From: an uncultured Clostridium sp.
Lineage (GTDB): Bacteria; Bacillota; Clostridia; Lachnospirales; Lachnospiraceae
NCBI GenBank assembly: GCA_945946715.1
Contig: CAMEWU010000001.1
Location: forward strand, 1-57,702
Direction: 5' to 3'
DNA: 57,702 bases
This document shows positions 55,423-57,702 of the stretch, one piece after another (the stretch's first letter is position 1; each line of letters begins with the position of its first letter). A program made the translations under genes and the position numbers. The notes beneath the pieces are model-generated. The model was given only the letters and a program-made list of their open reading frames with translations. It did no database searches and was not told the DNA's origin.

Positions 55423-55451
55423 ATTGTACTAGCATGTAAGAGGAAATGCAA
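55423..55451 (-). promoter_or_regulatory. rib operon promoter
   Basis: Minus strand: TTGCAT, 17 nt, TACAAT. Confidence 0.55.
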
Positions 55452-55488
55452 GAGAATTTTGTAAATATCTGTTTGCCGAAAAAAGTCG

Positions 55489-55516
55489 TTGCGATTTATA
55501 AATTATCTGCTATAAT
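55489..55516 (+). promoter_or_regulatory. Extended -10 promoter
   Basis: TTGCGA, 16-nt spacer ending in TGC, then TATAAT. Confidence 0.5.
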
Positions 55517-55555
55517 GATAAGAATAAATAATTATGTAAACTTGGAGGTGCCATT

Positions 55556-55819
55556 ATGGGATTTGTATCACTTATTTTATCCGTTGGTGGAATTGTAACT
55601 ACATTAATTTATCATGTAAATAGTAATATCATTCTGGGTATTATATCAGGAGTTTTGTTACTGGCTGCCATGTTGATTGGACAGTTCGATATGAAAAAGC
55701 AGGAGAAGAATGGCGGAATTAATACAGAAATGTTCAATCCGGGCATGCTGGGACATGGTATGGGTGGAACTGCACTCATTCTTATGATAGTCATGTTCAT
55801 TATTGACCGTATTGGTTAA
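55556..55819 (+). CDS. Small hypothetical membrane protein (87 aa)
   Basis: GGAGGTG RBS and three hydrophobic segments. No recognised motif. Confidence 0.5.
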   Translation: MGFVSLILSVGGIVTTLIYHVNSNIILGIISGVLLLAAMLIGQFDMKKQEKNGGINTEMFNPGMLGHGMGGTALILMIVMFIIDRIG

Positions 55820-55867
55820 AAATCAGAATATGCATGGCAGAATTATCGTTTTTAGAGGTATGATTTC

Positions 55868-56302
55868 ATGAATATAGAAGGTATTTTGAGAGGTGGTAAG
55901 TTTAAAAGACTTCTTGAAAAAACTATGGTAGATGCCAAAAGCAAAGCAGATTTGAATCGTTTGGAACTAGAAGTTATATATTTATTATTTCATTATGATG
56001 ATATAACAACTTTAACAGACATCTGCCGATATACACAAATGAATAAGGGACATATATCTACTACACTGGATAATCTGCAAAAGAAGGGCTATGTTATTTG
56101 CGAAAGAGACGAAAATGACCGCAGGTATGTAAAGTACCGGTTAACAGAAGCATCAGAACAGATTCGTATGGAAGTGGATGAATTGTGGAGCGAATTGCTT
56201 ACAAATATTGTATCTGGAATTGATGAGCATTCGCTGGAAGTGTTTAATCAAGTAGCAAAGCAGATTAATGATAACATAGACCGTTTGTTGGAAAATGAGT
56301 AA
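55868..56302 (+). CDS. MarR-family transcriptional regulator
   Basis: Winged-helix pattern LTDICRYTQMNKGHISTTLDNLQKKGYV...DRRYV. Confidence 0.65.
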   Translation: MNIEGILRGGKFKRLLEKTMVDAKSKADLNRLELEVIYLLFHYDDITTLTDICRYTQMNKGHISTTLDNLQKKGYVICERDENDRRYVKYRLTEASEQIRMEVDELWSELLTNIVSGIDEHSLEVFNQVAKQINDNIDRLLENE

Positions 56303-56305
56303 ACC

Positions 56306-56355
56306 GGGACTGTTACGGAAAGGTATGGTTACCTTGCGTAACAGTTCCTTTTTTA
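56306..56355 (+). terminator. Rho-independent terminator
   Basis: 12-bp stem GGGACTGTTACG / CGTAACAGTTCC followed by a T-run. Confidence 0.8.
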
Positions 56356-56401
56356 TAAATAAATGTTTAAAAATAGTTTCTATTTTTTTTATAAAAAAGG
56401 A

Positions 56402-56429
56402 TTGACATGTTGAAGATAGGTGCTATAAT
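56402..56429 (+). promoter_or_regulatory. groESL promoter (extended -10)
   Basis: TTGACA, 16-nt spacer ending in TGC, then TATAAT. Confidence 0.6.
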
Positions 56430-56504
56430 AAACTCAAACAAAAGGTTTGGAAACAAACTAATTCGAATATGCTTCTGAAGAAGCATATATTTTTTACAAA
56501 TGCA

Positions 56505-56531
56505 TTAGCACTCGTAGGTTAAGAGTGCTGA
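56505..56531 (+). promoter_or_regulatory. CIRCE operator (HrcA binding site)
   Basis: TTAGCACTC-N9-GAGTGCTGA, compared with the consensus TTAGCACTC-N9-GAGTGCTAA. Confidence 0.9.
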
Positions 56532-56558
56532 CAAAAAACAGAAAGCGAGGTAATTATT

Positions 56559-56846
56559 ATGCAATTGAAACCATTAGGAGATCGGGTTGTTTTAAAACAA
56601 CAGGAGGCAGAAGAAAAAACAAAGTCCGGAATTATTTTGCCGGATAGTGCAAAAGAAAAACCTCAGGCAGCAGTCGTTGTTTCCGTTGGACCTGGAACGG
56701 AGAAGAATGGCAAGAAAACAGAGATGCAGGTAAAGCCGGGAGATAAGGTTATTTATTCTCATTATTCCGGTACAGAAGTAAATCTGGAAGAGGAAGAATA
56801 CATTATCGTAAGCCAGGATGATATCATTGCAGTTGTAGAAGAATAA
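56559..56846 (+). CDS. groES: Co-chaperonin GroES
   Basis: LKPLGDRVVLK...GIILPDSAKEKPQ. Confidence 0.95.
   Translation: MQLKPLGDRVVLKQQEAEEKTKSGIILPDSAKEKPQAAVVVSVGPGTEKNGKKTEMQVKPGDKVIYSHYSGTEVNLEEEEYIIVSQDDIIAVVEE

Positions 56847-57702
<856 letters not shown>

Overview
This is a chromosomal window from a low-GC, Clostridia-type anaerobe. Supporting signs are a T-box leader, a CIRCE/groESL locus, rubrerythrin, a 2-oxoacid:ferredoxin oxidoreductase and a protein with choline-binding-type wall repeats. Reading left to right, the window contains the following.

- **1-340:** a perfect 116-bp tandem repeat.
- **348-12591:** a fructan/fructose locus. It encodes a hybrid histidine kinase, a receiver-only regulator, a LacI regulator with two sugar-binding domains, a CUT2-type ABC transporter, a GH32 enzyme and a fructokinase. 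Four TTTACGTAAA palindromes sit around its promoter.
- **12813-14876:** a HAD phosphatase and pyruvate kinase.
- **15088-17322:** a TlpA / small CXXC protein / 4Fe-4S membrane protein operon.
- **17532-25390:** an MCP, a 5'-truncated Rpn-like nuclease gene, a two-gene fused OFOR and rubrerythrin.
- **26566-27108:** a deletion scar where two gene remnants abut.
- **27228-33865:** an aldo/keto reductase, a membrane-anchored GH26 mannanase and a LysM-GH18 hydrolase.
- **33911-34452:** an intact Trp-specific T-box leader that now runs only into a 33-codon trpD relic fused to a Cys-rich tail.
- **36421-39897:** a 1158-aa wall-binding surface protein.
- **41526-48246:** a six-gene Gram-positive exosortase (XrtG-type) operon. 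It encodes a processive GT2, two PTPS-like proteins, a CTERM-type substrate and a large GT-C-like membrane protein.
- **49457-55451:** an FMN-riboswitch-controlled rib operon. It is interrupted between ribBA and ribH by an epimerase gene and a ~600-nt, GC-rich, densely base-paired noncoding element.
- **56402-57702:** groES and a partial groEL.

The most interesting items are the structured element inside the rib operon, the XrtG locus and the orphan T-box.

All calls rest on reading motifs by eye. No database search was run.
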